Assembly: GCA_963667205.1 (NCBI GenBank)
Contig: OY762959.1
Coordinates: 1,342,399-1,406,398 of the forward strand
Direction: 5' to 3'
DNA length: 64,000 nt
Source: Dehalococcoidia bacterium
GTDB lineage: Bacteria > Chloroflexota > Dehalococcoidia > SM23-28-2 > RBG-16-64-32
Position 1 is the stretch's first letter, and each line of letters begins with the position of its first letter. The notes under the pieces were generated by a model that worked only from the letters and a program-made list of their open reading frames with translations, was not told the origin of the DNA and ran no database searches. Both the position numbers and the translations under genes were made by a program. Positions 19,137-30,472 of the stretch are shown here, piece after piece.

Positions 19137-19754
19137 CTAGTCGGCGTTTTCCGAATCGCCGCCTTCGCGCTCCTTCGCCGTCTCATGCGCGGCGTGCAGA
19201 ACGCCGGCCGTGATCTCTTCCAGCTCAACGATCTCGTCGGCGCTGAGGTCCTCGATCCGCTGCATGTAATAGGTGATCGTGTCAACAACCTGCCTCTTGG
19301 GCCGACGCCAGGTCAACAGGAAGTACGAGCTGAAGGCAGCGATTACGCTTCCGAAGAAGAGAGCGACGCTGATGATCGTGAAGATCGATCCCAGGATCCT
19401 CCCGGGGGTCGTGACAAGGCCGACATCGCTGTGGCCGACCGTCGTGAACGCAGCGACGGCCCACCATAGACCGACGCTGTAAGAGGTCACCTCAGCGTTC
19501 TCGGAAGATCGCTCGATGAGGAATATGGGGACGGGGGTGATAACGACGAGGATCACCAGGAAAGCGATGATCGGCACGACAAGGGTCTGCGTAAAGACGT
19601 CCCGAAAGAGGGCGACCGCGGCACCGATCGCGCCAACGGCGTCTCGCCGGAGCGAGGTTAGGCGGTTCTTTCGCGTCCGCACCAGCAATGTGCGGTCGCC
19701 CGGCCGCGAGCTAGGAATGCGGCGCAGACGGCGCTTAGTTGTCTCGTCGGCCAT
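19137..19754 (-). CDS. Two-TM ion-channel family protein (K+ channel-like pore with non-canonical filter)
   Basis: WWAVAAFTTVGHSDV resembles the pore helix plus TVGYGD filter, but carries GHSD instead of GYGD. Confidence 0.7.
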   Translation of the reverse strand: MADETTKRRLRRIPSSRPGDRTLLVRTRKNRLTSLRRDAVGAIGAAVALFRDVFTQTLVVPIIAFLVILVVITPVPIFLIERSSENAEVTSYSVGLWWAVAAFTTVGHSDVGLVTTPGRILGSIFTIISVALFFGSVIAAFSSYFLLTWRRPKRQVVDTITYYMQRIEDLSADEIVELEEITAGVLHAAHETAKEREGGDSENAD

Positions 19755-19896
19755 GTCTCACTGCGCGCACGTGCATGTGCAATATGATAACGCCTGCCCG
19801 CCTCCGGTCATACGAATCTGGCGACGGTTCGGTGTGAGATGACTCCCGGATTTCCACTCCGGCGCAGGGCGTTCCCACGCGGGCCAAGGGTGCAGA

Positions 19897-21209
19897 ATGC
19901 CCGGCATGGAGCCGCGCGTCCAATACGCCCAGACCGAGGACGGGGCGAACATTGCGTTCGCCAGCACGGGCGAAGGGCCGCCCCTGATCCGCGTGCCACA
20001 GCCTGGGATCTCCCATGTCCAGAGGGGATTGGTCGACAGGCTCTCACTTTTTCCAGCAGTTCATCTAGACCTTTCGCGTCATCTGGTACGACATTCGCGG
20101 CACAGGACTCTCCGAATCGGGATGCGCTCGACTTTCCCATGGAATCGATGATGCGCGACCTCGAGGCCGTTATCGAGAGCACTGGCCTCCGGTCGTTCGC
20201 CCTCTTAGCGATCTTAGACTCCGTTCCCGTGACGGTGACCTACGCCGCCAGGTTCCCGGACCGCGTATCGCACCTCATCCTCATCGATGGCTGGACGAAC
20301 TCGTCGGACTTCATCGACACGCCTTCGATGGAGGCCCATGAGGCCCTTGTCGACAAGGACTGGACCCTGTTTACGGAGACGATGGTGCGGGTTCTGGCAG
20401 GGATCGACGACCCTCAATTCATCAATCTCACGGGCGAGCATATCCGAGCCTGTATCGAACCGGAGGCGTACCGCGCGTACGGTGTGGCGAACAGGAGGTA
20501 CGACGTTTCAGGGCTCCTGCCTGAGGTAAAGGCCCAGACGCTGGTGCTGCACAATAACAACCATCGCTTCACTCCGGTCCGCGCCGGGCAGAAGCTGGCG
20601 GCGGGCATTCCGGACGCGCGCTTCCTAACCATTGATGACTTGAACTACGAGCGTGTAGCGCCTCTCGTCGCAGAGTTTATGGGCACCACTGAAAAGCCCG
20701 AGTCAACCGAACCCGGCGCATTCCGTACGGTGCTCTTCATCGATCTCGTCGGACACACGGAGATGATGTCCCGCCTTGGCGACGAACGTGGCCGGGAGGT
20801 CCTGCGGGAACACGAGCAGATAGTCCGTGAGGACCTGGCGGAACACGGCGGTCAAGAGGTCAAGACCATGGGGGACGGCTTCATGGCGTCATTCGCGTCT
20901 GTGACTGAGGCCGTCGAGTGCGCGATCGGGCTGCAGCGGGCCTTCGCCGAGCGCGAGGGTGAGCCGCTGTCGGTGCGTGTGGGGCTGAACGCCGGCGAGC
21001 CGATCGAGGAAGACGGCGACCTGTTCGGCGCGACGGTGATCCTGGCGTCGCGCATTGCGGCGAAGGCAGAAGGCGGCGAGATCCTCGTGTCGGACACGGT
21101 GCGCGGCCTCTGCTCTGGCAAAGGGTTCCTGTTCGCTGATAGCGGCGACTTCGTGGCGAACGGGTTCGAGGAGCCGGTGAGGGTGTCCGAGGTTCGCTGG
21201 CAGGAGTAG
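19897..21209 (+). pseudogene. Alpha/beta-hydrolase fused to class III adenylate/guanylate cyclase, with at least two frameshifts in the hydrolase part
   Basis: Hydrolase sequence runs in frame 1 (RVQYAQTEDGANIAFASTGEGPPLIRVP...), then frame 2 (FRVIWYDIRGTGLSE), then frame 0 (RDALDFPMESMMRDLEAV...). The C-terminal cyclase domain is intact (TVLFIDLVGHTEMM...KTMGDGFMASF). Confidence 0.55.
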
Positions 21210-21549
21210 TCCGTTGCGACGTTATACGCTTGCTGGTTCCTTGCGAGACAAGTAGGTCCTGCTCACTCCGCGGGATTGCCTGACCCTGCCTGGTGCTTGA
21301 TCCAGCCTCACGCCACCCCGAGCGCTGCGAAGATCCTGCGCGGAATTCCAGCCGAACGCCTGCGCGATACGTGCTCCGACGGATGTGTCGGACGCGACCT
21401 TCGCCCGATGATGGCGGCGAGGCGCCCCACTCGGCCACATCGCCCCCGGAGAGAGACCACACGAAGGGAGGGCAGTTGTACGAAGAAACGGCCACTAATC
21501 CCACTCACCAGCAGCCCCCCTCGGTCATCACATCAAGGAAGGAGACAGA

Positions 21550-21897
21550 TGTCTTCAGAACGAACTGACGAAAGAACACTGAACGAACGCATGGAAGCGA
21601 TCGAGCAGGCAGCGAAGGCGCGGCCGGAAGCTCCGTCTGATCCGAAAGAGCCGGCCGACTTCGCTGGCGATAAGGCCGGTGCGGGTCGGTACATCCTTGG
21701 CTTCCTTCTAGCCAGCCTCCTCGGGCTATGGATCGTGTACTGGGCCTGATACTACGGCTGGCAGGGTATCTGGATTAGCCTCGTCATTTTCATCATCGGC
21801 GTCATCGGCCTGGTGGCTTTCGGCGGCAGCATCGGTGGATGCCAGGAAGGTTTCCAGAACGGCCCCCAGGGCTACGGGTCCTACACGTGCCAATAGT
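21550..21897 (+). CDS. Small membrane protein; ORF 21550-21749 continues in frame past TGA (21747-21749) to TAG at 21895-21897
   Basis: Strong RBS (AAGGAAGGAG) 6 nt before ATG 21550. After TGA the frame encodes a TM helix (GIWISLVIFIIGVIGLVAF) that aligns with the paralogue at 17930-18382 across the stop. Confidence 0.4.
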
Positions 21898-22118
21898 GGG
21901 TACGAAGGCGTAGTTCCAGGCTCCCAGTCTGGAGCCGATCACCCCTGAACGGGCGGCGGCGAGGAGACGTCCACGTATCCCACCGGCACCAACCCGTCTC
22001 CTTCGCCTGCCCCCCGGCCCAGCGCTACTTGACGGGCGGTTATCTTCCTGTACAGTCCCCATACCGACCGGTGTACGGCGCAGGGGCGCGCCGGCAGGCG
22101 TTTTGGGGGTGAGAGTTC

Positions 22119-23526
22119 GTGCGAGACGATGTCGAATCGGTCCGCGAACCCGGTGTTCGCGACCTGGAGTCCGTGTCCGAGCGCTTCCGCACGGTGTTCG
22201 AGGACGGCCCACTCGGAATCGTCGTCATTGGAGCGGACCTCCGGTTCTCCGACGTCAACCCTGCATTCTGCGAGCTGCTCGGCTACCGGAAGGCTGAGTT
22301 GCTCGGTCGTTCGCTCGACGAAGTCACGCACGCGGAAGACGTGGAAAGCACCGCCGGTATGGCGCAACAGGCGTTGCAGGCCGATGGATCCTACCGGCAC
22401 GCAGACAAAAGACTGCTGACGAAGAGCGGCGCGACCGTTTGGGTATCACTGCTAATCACGTTCGTTAGCAACGACGACTCAGGCCCGCCGTACGGGCTTG
22501 CGATGGTCGTCGACATCAATGAGCGTAAGCGCACAGAGCAGGCCCTGCGAACGCCCCTTGAGACTTCCCGGGCGCTGCTCAACGTCCCCATCGGCTCCGC
22601 CATCTTGATGGAGCTCGACGGCACGATCGTGGCCCTGAATTCGACTGCCGTCGAGCGACTACCGGGCGACGCCGGCGATCTCCTGGGCCGTTCCATCTAC
22701 GATCTGATGCCCCCCGAGACGGCCCGCAGCCGAAAGGCCGCCGTCCGCTGCGTAGAGGCCTCGGCCGAACCCGAGAGAATCGAGGAAAGAACCTCCGACG
22801 GGTGGTTCATCACAAGGATCTATCCGGTTCTCGACGATAGCGGATCGGTCGCCCGGGTTGCCCTCTACATCCGAGACATTACCCGGCTGAGGCATGCTGA
22901 GGCGGCACTTGAAGAGAGCCAGTCCACGGTTGGCGCCCTCCTCACCGGCACCCCTTGACATGGTCTTCCGAATTACCGCAGACGCTACTTTTCTGGACTT
23001 CCTACCGGCCAGTGACCTCGATCCGCTGGTACCGCCGGGCGAATTCCTGGGTAAGCGAGCGGCCGACGTGCTGCCGGCGGAGATCGCCGGAGAGGTCGAA
23101 CGAAAGATCAACCTCGCCCTCCGCACAGACGAGCTTCAGGAGCTCGAATACGACCTCGCCACCGAAAAGGGCCTTAAGAGCTTTGAAGCTCGAATTGCTC
23201 CTATCGGCGGAAACGAGGTGCTTGCCATCGTCCGCGACGTCACCGCCCGCCGCCGCGCTCAGGACGACCTCGAACGCCTCCGCGACGCGCTCGAGGCCAG
23301 GGTCGAACAGACCGTCTCCAGCAGCACCGCATACGGCCTCAGCTTTCGCGAGCTCACCGTCCTCTATCTTGCGGCGGAAGGACGCTCAGACAAAGAGATC
23401 GCTTCGATCCTCGGCATCAGTCACCGCACGGTACAGACACACATCACCCACATCCTCCAGAAGATGGACGCCTCCAACAGGGCCGAGGCCAGCGCACGCG
23501 CCCAACGGGAAGGCCTTATCGGCTGA
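22119..23526 (+). pseudogene. Multi-PAS sensor with C-terminal LuxR/GerE HTH, interrupted by a -1 frameshift at about 22950
   Basis: ORF 22119-22958 carries two PAS domains. ORF 22894-23526 in another frame carries a third PAS and the LuxR HTH (EIASILGISHRTVQTHITHILQKM). The junction lies at a CACCCC run. Confidence 0.6.
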
Positions 23527-23592
23527 ACCGCGGAGTGATTACGTGTTCTTGCGGATGACCGCCATCAGACCGACCGAGGATCATACCAGCCA

Positions 23593-24288
23593 ATGAGCTC
23601 TCCCCATCCACGGGACGACAGCCCCCGCGAAGAGTCGCACCATCATGACCGCTGGCTAGGACACCTCACCCGTCTCGGTCTCTTGCACTCGGGAATCCAC
23701 CTGCCATTCTCTAAGATCTTCCTCTCGCTCCTCTTCGTCGGATCGACGATCACGGCGATTCTCCTCATGGCCGCGCTGTTCGGCCACTGGGCCGACCGGC
23801 GGGACTCCGCGATCGAAGACGGCCAGGCGGACGCCCGCGCCGCGGCCGCAGCAATGGACGAGCAGCTCCGGGAGATCGTTTCGGTTGCGGAACACACCGC
23901 TGACTTCGATCTCACCGAGGGCCGCATCGACGTTTCGGCCCACGCCATCCAATATGACGCTGACGGAAGCGTCGTTAGAGACGACGCAGGGCTGCCAATT
24001 ATCAACGAACAGTCAATCGAGTCCAGACTGAAGCAATTCCTCACTGATAACCCCGGCTTCTGGGGCGTTGGCGCTTGCTTCGAGCGCTCGGAGGAGCTTG
24101 AACCGCACATCCTGGCGATGAACGACGCGCGCCTGGAAGAATACAGTTCGCTGGACCCTCCCTCCAACGAACCTTTCTCACCGGCCGAACTCTACTGCCC
24201 CTACTTCACACGCCCTGGCGGCGAGGTCACCTTTACGCCGGTCCCGTATGACTACGCGGACCCCGATCTGTTCCTGCCCGGCGTGTGA
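23593..24288 (+). CDS. Membrane sensor N-terminal part (TM helix plus extracytoplasmic Cache-like segment)
   Basis: One TM helix followed by a periplasmic-type domain ending in ...PYDYADPDLFLPGV. Its stop TGA overlaps a GTG start of the next ORF (GTGTGA). Confidence 0.45.
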   Translation: MSSPHPRDDSPREESHHHDRWLGHLTRLGLLHSGIHLPFSKIFLSLLFVGSTITAILLMAALFGHWADRRDSAIEDGQADARAAAAAMDEQLREIVSVAEHTADFDLTEGRIDVSAHAIQYDADGSVVRDDAGLPIINEQSIESRLKQFLTDNPGFWGVGACFERSEELEPHILAMNDARLEEYSSLDPPSNEPFSPAELYCPYFTRPGGEVTFTPVPYDYADPDLFLPGV

Positions 24289-25327
24289 GCCCTCGGGGAA
24301 ACTGGTATCAGATTCCGTTCAACGAAGGCCGCATGTGGAACGCGGCTTATTTCGGCACCACCAGCCAGCGGATGGTCGCCGAGTATGTCGTCCCTTTCGA
24401 TAATCCGACAATCATCGTCGGCGAAGCCCGTCCAGCGGGCGCCGTCTTCGTCAACTTCACCCTGGACCAGGTCAGCCAGAGCGTGAGCTGGCTAAGCCTC
24501 GGCGCTCGAGGCTACGGCCTCGTTGCCGCTCAGGATCCCTGCGGAACGTACGTGGCCCACCCAAACAGAGACTACTTTAGCGACCCCGCTGTGATCGCAG
24601 TCCGGGGCCAGCAAAAGACGCTCTTCGCCGGAGATGGCTGCAACGTTGCTAACGAACGGGAGACTGACGCCCTCGAATTTATCCAAAATCGCCGGGACGA
24701 GAGCGGATACGTTGACTACCGCGACGAGATCACGGGACGGGACGCCTGGTTGTTCCACGAGCCTGTCCCGTCTACTCAATGGATCCTCGGCTCGGTCGTC
24801 ATCAAGAGCGAGGCCCTCGCCCGCGACTCCACGGCCCACCACCTCCTCATGGCCGTCGGCGCCGCAACCCTCCTCAGCCTGTTCGCAATCTTCGCGCTCG
24901 CCCTTCGCGTTTTCCGTGAAGACGGCTGGTTCTCATGGAACGTCGCCATCCTCTTCTCCGTCCTCTGCGTACTGGGCGTCGCCTACGTCTGGGCGCTTGT
25001 CCGCACGACGCCCGAGGTTGAGGCCGGTCTTGGCGGCGAAGGCCAGGATCTCGCGGAGATCGTCGACGACTACCGCGAAAGGGTGAGGGTCGACAAGCAG
25101 TCGGGTGACCTCAGGGAGGTCGCGGTTGGCGTCTCCCTCGACTCCGTGAACGAGCTGGACAACGGCGATCTCGTGTTCTCTGGAATCGCCTGGCAGCGCT
25201 TTCTGGCTGAGGCCGACGATGAGACCGTCCCGGGCTTCGTCCTCTCCCCCGACATCGCGGACACCCGGCTGGAGGAGCGCTTCGACATTCGTAACGGCCG
25301 GGAGCGCATCATCGGCTGGTCCTTTAG

Positions 25328-25330
<3 letters not shown>
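24285..25330 (+). CDS. Continuation of sensor (Cache-like segment, 2 TM helices, cytoplasmic region); product of the long composite ORF 24285-26912 only up to about 25330
   Basis: SPRGNWYQIPFNEG... continues a Cache-like fold. TM helices are LLMAVGAATLLSLFAIFALAL and WNVAILFSVLCVLGVAYVWALV. Beyond about 25330 this frame gives low-complexity junk, while another frame becomes protein-like. Confidence 0.45.
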
Positions 25331-25939
<609 letters not shown>

Positions 25940-26024
25940 TCATCACGCTCGAGCGATTGTACTGGCCGGTCGTCACGTTCACCACTCTCCTGGCAACATG
26001 GGCGGCCTTCTACTAGGAGACCCT

Positions 26025-26912
26025 ATGCTCACCCGACTGATCCGCACAGCAACAGCCGCAGCTCTTGCCACGATCGCAGCCGCTTTCGTCTTCGCCGCCT
26101 GCGACGGCAACGAGGGCAGTCGCCCGAGCAACCTCCCCTGCTCAGATCCATCTGGCGTCCCCGAGTTGCAGGACGGCATCCTCCACATCGGCTCTGAACT
26201 CGACTTCGAGCCGATCATTTTCGTCGACGCCGAAACCGCTGCCCCGAACGGCCTCGACGTGGATCTTGCCAAAGCGCTCGCTCGAACCATCTGCGTCGAC
26301 TTGGAGTTCGTTCGGACCGATTTCGACCGTTTGATCGAAGCCGTCAACGCCCACGAGTTCGATATCATCCTTTCCGGAATGACCATCACCAGCGAGCGTT
26401 CGCGGAGTATCGATTTCATACCTTATGCCAACGTAGGTACCGCCATCCTCGTTCGCGACGGTAACCCCACGGAAGCCCGCGGGCTGGCCGACCTCTGCGG
26501 CCTGGCCGTCGCCGTTCAGAGAGTCACGATCCAGGTCAGCCAGCTCGCAGCTCAGGATCTCGCTTGCTCGCTGGCCGGGAAAGGCCGCATCGACATACTA
26601 AGGTTCGACACGAACCCCGAGGCAGTGACGGATCTCGCTACAGCCGGCTCCGACGCCAGCATCAGCGACTTTCCCGCTGCGTTCGTCTCCGCCAGAGAGT
26701 CAAGCGGCAGACTCGAGCTCCTTGAGGAGCAGATCGAGCCGCAGCCTTACGGTATCGGCGTCCGCTACGATTCAAGCGCCTTGAACTTCAGTTTGAGCGA
26801 GGCACTTCATAGCCTCGCCTGCTCGAAGGAGTACGACGAGATACTTGAAGCTTGGAGTCTGGGCACGAGTACGATCTTCGCCGACTTCGATGACGAGAGT
26901 TGTCCGGACTAA
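26025..26912 (+). CDS. ABC transporter substrate-binding protein, family 3 (amino-acid type), lipoprotein
   Basis: RBS AGGAGA before ATG 26025. Lipobox FAACDG. SBP_bac_3-like core (DFEPIIFVDAE...DIILSGMTITSERS). Confidence 0.8.
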   Translation: MLTRLIRTATAAALATIAAAFVFAACDGNEGSRPSNLPCSDPSGVPELQDGILHIGSELDFEPIIFVDAETAAPNGLDVDLAKALARTICVDLEFVRTDFDRLIEAVNAHEFDIILSGMTITSERSRSIDFIPYANVGTAILVRDGNPTEARGLADLCGLAVAVQRVTIQVSQLAAQDLACSLAGKGRIDILRFDTNPEAVTDLATAGSDASISDFPAAFVSARESSGRLELLEEQIEPQPYGIGVRYDSSALNFSLSEALHSLACSKEYDEILEAWSLGTSTIFADFDDESCPD

Positions 26913-26984
26913 CCTCGCACCCCGGTTTCACCCCGGACGTCGGACCTGAGAAGTCGTGGTCGTCCACGGCGGCTGACGTTTCGG

Positions 26985-28595
26985 TCATGCGTCGTCAAAG
27001 AGTGTTTCGATGTTCTTCTTGATGCCATCTGCAACGTAGAGCGCGATCGCCTGGATCGTCGAGGTAGGATTCACGCCACCTGCCGTCACGAAGACACTGC
27101 CATCCACGATGAAGAGGTTCTTCGCGTCGTGCGCCTGTCCCCGCTCGTTTACTACTGAGGTCTTCGGGTCCCGGCCCATCCGGGCTGTTCCCATTAGGTG
27201 CCATCCCGCCTCCCGAAACAGCGGCTGCGCAACGGTCTCAACTGCGCCCGCAGCGGTCAGTGCTTCCTTCGCCCGTTCCACCGCGTGCGCCAGCATGTTC
27301 CGGCTGTTCTCGCTTAACCGATAGGTGACCTTCGGCGCTGGTATCCCGTTGGCGTCAGCCAGCTCTGGGTCGAGGGTGACGGTGTTGGTTTCCTCCGGCA
27401 GATCCTCTGTAATAGCGAGCAGCGACGCTGTGTGGTTGTAGAGGCGGCCGAAAGCCGGGTGGTGGTCCTCGCCCCATGGAACCAATCCTTGAATCATTCC
27501 GGACAACGCGGACTGTGCCGGGCCGAGACCCCGCACTGCCTCAAACGAGTACCCCCGTACGAACCCTCTCGAGCGATCGGTCCGATAGAATTCGTGGCTC
27601 CAGAACGAGCAGCCAACGGGTCCGCGCCGGCCGTACAGCGGCTCCTCGAAGACGCCGCTGATCGCCGCGTACGGATGAAACATCAGGTTCTTTCCCACGA
27701 GGCCGCTGCTGTTGGCCAGCCCATCGGGGTGCTGTTCGCTTTTCGAGTTGAGCAGCAACCGGGGCGTGCCGATGCCATTGCACGCCAGCACGACGATTTC
27801 AGCCTTTTGCTCCTGTAGCTCTCCATCGGCGTCGTAGTAGAGGACACCGTCAGCCATCCCGTCCGCCCGCACCGTGATCTCCCGCACGCGGCACCCGGTA
27901 CGCACCTGCACGCCCTTTCGCTGAGCTACTGGCCAATAGGTGATGTCGGTACTGGCCTTGGCACCCTGCGCGCAGCCGCTTAAGCAGGGGCCAAGGTTTA
28001 TGCATGGGTCACGTCCTTCATACTCCTGCGACAAGATGGCGCTATCAGAAGGCCACCAGTGCCAGCCGAGCTTCTCGAAGCCGGCCGCCAGCGTGTTTCC
28101 GGTCTTGCCGAGGGGGATCGGCGGCAACGGCGGTTCGTGATATGGGTACGCCGGGTCGCCCGCCAGACCGGAGACGCCCATCATCCGGTCGTTCAGCGCG
28201 AAGTAGGGTTCAAGGGTCTGGTAGTCGATCGGCCAGTCCTCCCCGACTCCGTCCTCGCTCTTCGTCCGAAAGTCGCGGGGCGTCAGCCGTGGGAAATGCG
28301 CAGCCCAGAGGATGGTGCTGCCGCCCACGGCGTTGAACATCAGCGGTGAAATCTCGGATTGCTGCTCGTTGACAGGGTAGTCGGCGGGCAGACCACGCAC
28401 GTTCGGGCTGGGTGAGAACTCCCCCATCGAGCGTGCTTCCCAGTCCAGACCGTTGCTCGGGTAGTCCTGCTGCCTCATCCACGGGCCTTGGTCAAGGCAG
28501 AGGACGCTCGTGCCTGTGTCAGCGATGCTCCAGGCGAAGGCCGCACCCGATGCACCCGCGCCGATCACCAGCACACCCACGGGCTCGTTCGGCAT
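26985..28595 (-). CDS. GMC-family FAD-dependent oxidoreductase
   Basis: N-terminal FAD-binding motif VLVIGAGASGAAFA on a GMC-length protein. Confidence 0.9.
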   Translation of the reverse strand: MPNEPVGVLVIGAGASGAAFAWSIADTGTSVLCLDQGPWMRQQDYPSNGLDWEARSMGEFSPSPNVRGLPADYPVNEQQSEISPLMFNAVGGSTILWAAHFPRLTPRDFRTKSEDGVGEDWPIDYQTLEPYFALNDRMMGVSGLAGDPAYPYHEPPLPPIPLGKTGNTLAAGFEKLGWHWWPSDSAILSQEYEGRDPCINLGPCLSGCAQGAKASTDITYWPVAQRKGVQVRTGCRVREITVRADGMADGVLYYDADGELQEQKAEIVVLACNGIGTPRLLLNSKSEQHPDGLANSSGLVGKNLMFHPYAAISGVFEEPLYGRRGPVGCSFWSHEFYRTDRSRGFVRGYSFEAVRGLGPAQSALSGMIQGLVPWGEDHHPAFGRLYNHTASLLAITEDLPEETNTVTLDPELADANGIPAPKVTYRLSENSRNMLAHAVERAKEALTAAGAVETVAQPLFREAGWHLMGTARMGRDPKTSVVNERGQAHDAKNLFIVDGSVFVTAGGVNPTSTIQAIALYVADGIKKNIETLFDDA

Positions 28596-28816
28596 GGCAA
28601 CATCCTACAGCTATCCTCGGCGCCCAAAGCCATGGCCAGAACATGGTGCCGCAGCGTAGCCCTCCGACGCCCTATTCGGACAATGCGCTGTCAGGAGGTG
28701 GAGACAGTCTGCTTAGTGTCAGGGCATAGCCTGCGACCGGGAGACCGACAGCATACTAGAGCCAGCAAGCGGGCGACGACGACCCCCAGGTCAGGCCCTT
28801 CCTTGCCCGCAGGTCA

Positions 28817-30472
28817 CTATCCGTGGTCCTCCTCGAAAGCGTGCGCGGCTCTCAGAACAGTCGCGTCCTCCCAGCGCCTCCCGACAAGCATCATCCCAAC
28901 CGGAAGGCCAAGCACCTCAGCGCAGGGAACGCTGATCGCCGGGTGGCCCGTGAGATTGAACGGGCAGCTGTTCACGTGATGCCCAACACCCGACGCGAAC
29001 ATCTCTTCTCGGGACGCGTCGGCGATCAGCGGCAGGGCCGTCCCAAACGGGGCGCATGTCGGCATCACCAGCAGGTCTACGTCGCGGAAGGCCGCTTCGT
29101 AGGCGTCCTCAAGCAGCCGGACCTGGTTCTGGGCCCGGGCGTAGAAACGCCCGTGGTACTCATCAAGCATGTACTCGCCCATCAGGATGAGTAGCTTGAC
29201 CGAGTCCGGGAACTCGTCCGCCTTCCGCTTCCGCGCCTTGCCAAGGAACTCGATCATGGCCGTGGGATAGTAGCCCTTCCAGCCGGTTCCGAAACCGTTC
29301 CCGCGTACCATGCCCGCGAGACCGCCTTCACTGAAGATCGGGTTGTATATGTGTATCCCATCGCGGTGGAGGGGGACGGAGATCTCTCGCACCGTGGCGC
29401 CCGCTTTCTCGAACTTGAACGCCGCCTCCCTCACGGCCGTGTCCACATCGTCGGACGCCTCGGGCCATCCGAACCCCTCCTGCAGGACGCCCAGCCTGAG
29501 GTCGACCACGCCCCCAGCCAGCGTCTCCGTGTACTCGGTGGGTTGGATGGCATCCCTCTGTCGCGGGTCAAGCGGGTCGGATCCGGCGATGACCTCAAGC
29601 AGCAGGGCGACGTCATGCACGGAACGCCCGATCGGCCCCGCATGGTCCAGGGTGTTCTCCAAAGGCAGTATCCCCGTGTACGGCACCAGCCCGTAGGTGG
29701 GTTTCAATCCGTACACGCCACACAACGCGCTGGGGATGCGAACGGAGCCACCCTGATCGCCGCCGATCGACAGGTCGCAGGCCCCGGCGGCGACAAGCGC
29801 GGCGCTGCCGCTGGATGAGCCGCCCGCAGAGTGAGCAGGACTACGAGGATTGAGCACAAAGCCCGTATCCGCGGTGTTGGATGTGCCGGAAAGGCAGAAG
29901 TTCTCGCACACCGCCTTGCCGACGACCTCCCCGCCGGCGTCCAGAACGCGTTGAACGATCGTAGCGTCCACGTCGGGAACGAACCCTTCGAGAACCGATG
30001 ACCCGCTCATCATCGGGATGCCGGCAAGGCAGATGTTGTCCTTCAGAGCGACAGTCTTGCCACTGAGCTTCCCCTCGCGCTCGCCTTTGATCGAGCAGCG
30101 CCAGTACCAGGCGTTGAGCGGGTTCTGCTCCGCGGACGGGCGATAGCCGCCGTCACGCGCGTGCCTCACCTCAGGCTTGGGCTCCGGCAGAGACGCGACC
30201 CGCCGATAGGATTCGAGCGTCCGCTCCGCCAGGTTCGCGAAGAAGTCCACGTCTCCGTTCGTGAGGCTCATTCCGTAGAGCGCGCCGATCTGCCGTAGCC
30301 TGTCTCTTGACGGTGGCCTGATCTCGTCTTCAGCGCTCGGCATCTCGCGCCTCCTCTGCCGTCTGCCTGGGTCGAATGAGCCAGAGACCCGCTCGTTGCG
30401 TTTCTTACTGGCGTCACATAGTATGCCAGCCGACCCCTGCATTTCTGCTCCCGGCGGATCGGAGTGGCACAA
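28817..30472 (-). CDS. Amidase (amidase-signature family), second paralogue
   Basis: Carries the GGSSSGSAALVAAG amidase-signature motif. Confidence 0.9.
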   Translation of the reverse strand: MCHSDPPGAEMQGSAGILCDASKKRNERVSGSFDPGRRQRRREMPSAEDEIRPPSRDRLRQIGALYGMSLTNGDVDFFANLAERTLESYRRVASLPEPKPEVRHARDGGYRPSAEQNPLNAWYWRCSIKGEREGKLSGKTVALKDNICLAGIPMMSGSSVLEGFVPDVDATIVQRVLDAGGEVVGKAVCENFCLSGTSNTADTGFVLNPRSPAHSAGGSSSGSAALVAAGACDLSIGGDQGGSVRIPSALCGVYGLKPTYGLVPYTGILPLENTLDHAGPIGRSVHDVALLLEVIAGSDPLDPRQRDAIQPTEYTETLAGGVVDLRLGVLQEGFGWPEASDDVDTAVREAAFKFEKAGATVREISVPLHRDGIHIYNPIFSEGGLAGMVRGNGFGTGWKGYYPTAMIEFLGKARKRKADEFPDSVKLLILMGEYMLDEYHGRFYARAQNQVRLLEDAYEAAFRDVDLLVMPTCAPFGTALPLIADASREEMFASGVGHHVNSCPFNLTGHPAISVPCAEVLGLPVGMMLVGRRWEDATVLRAAHAFEEDHG

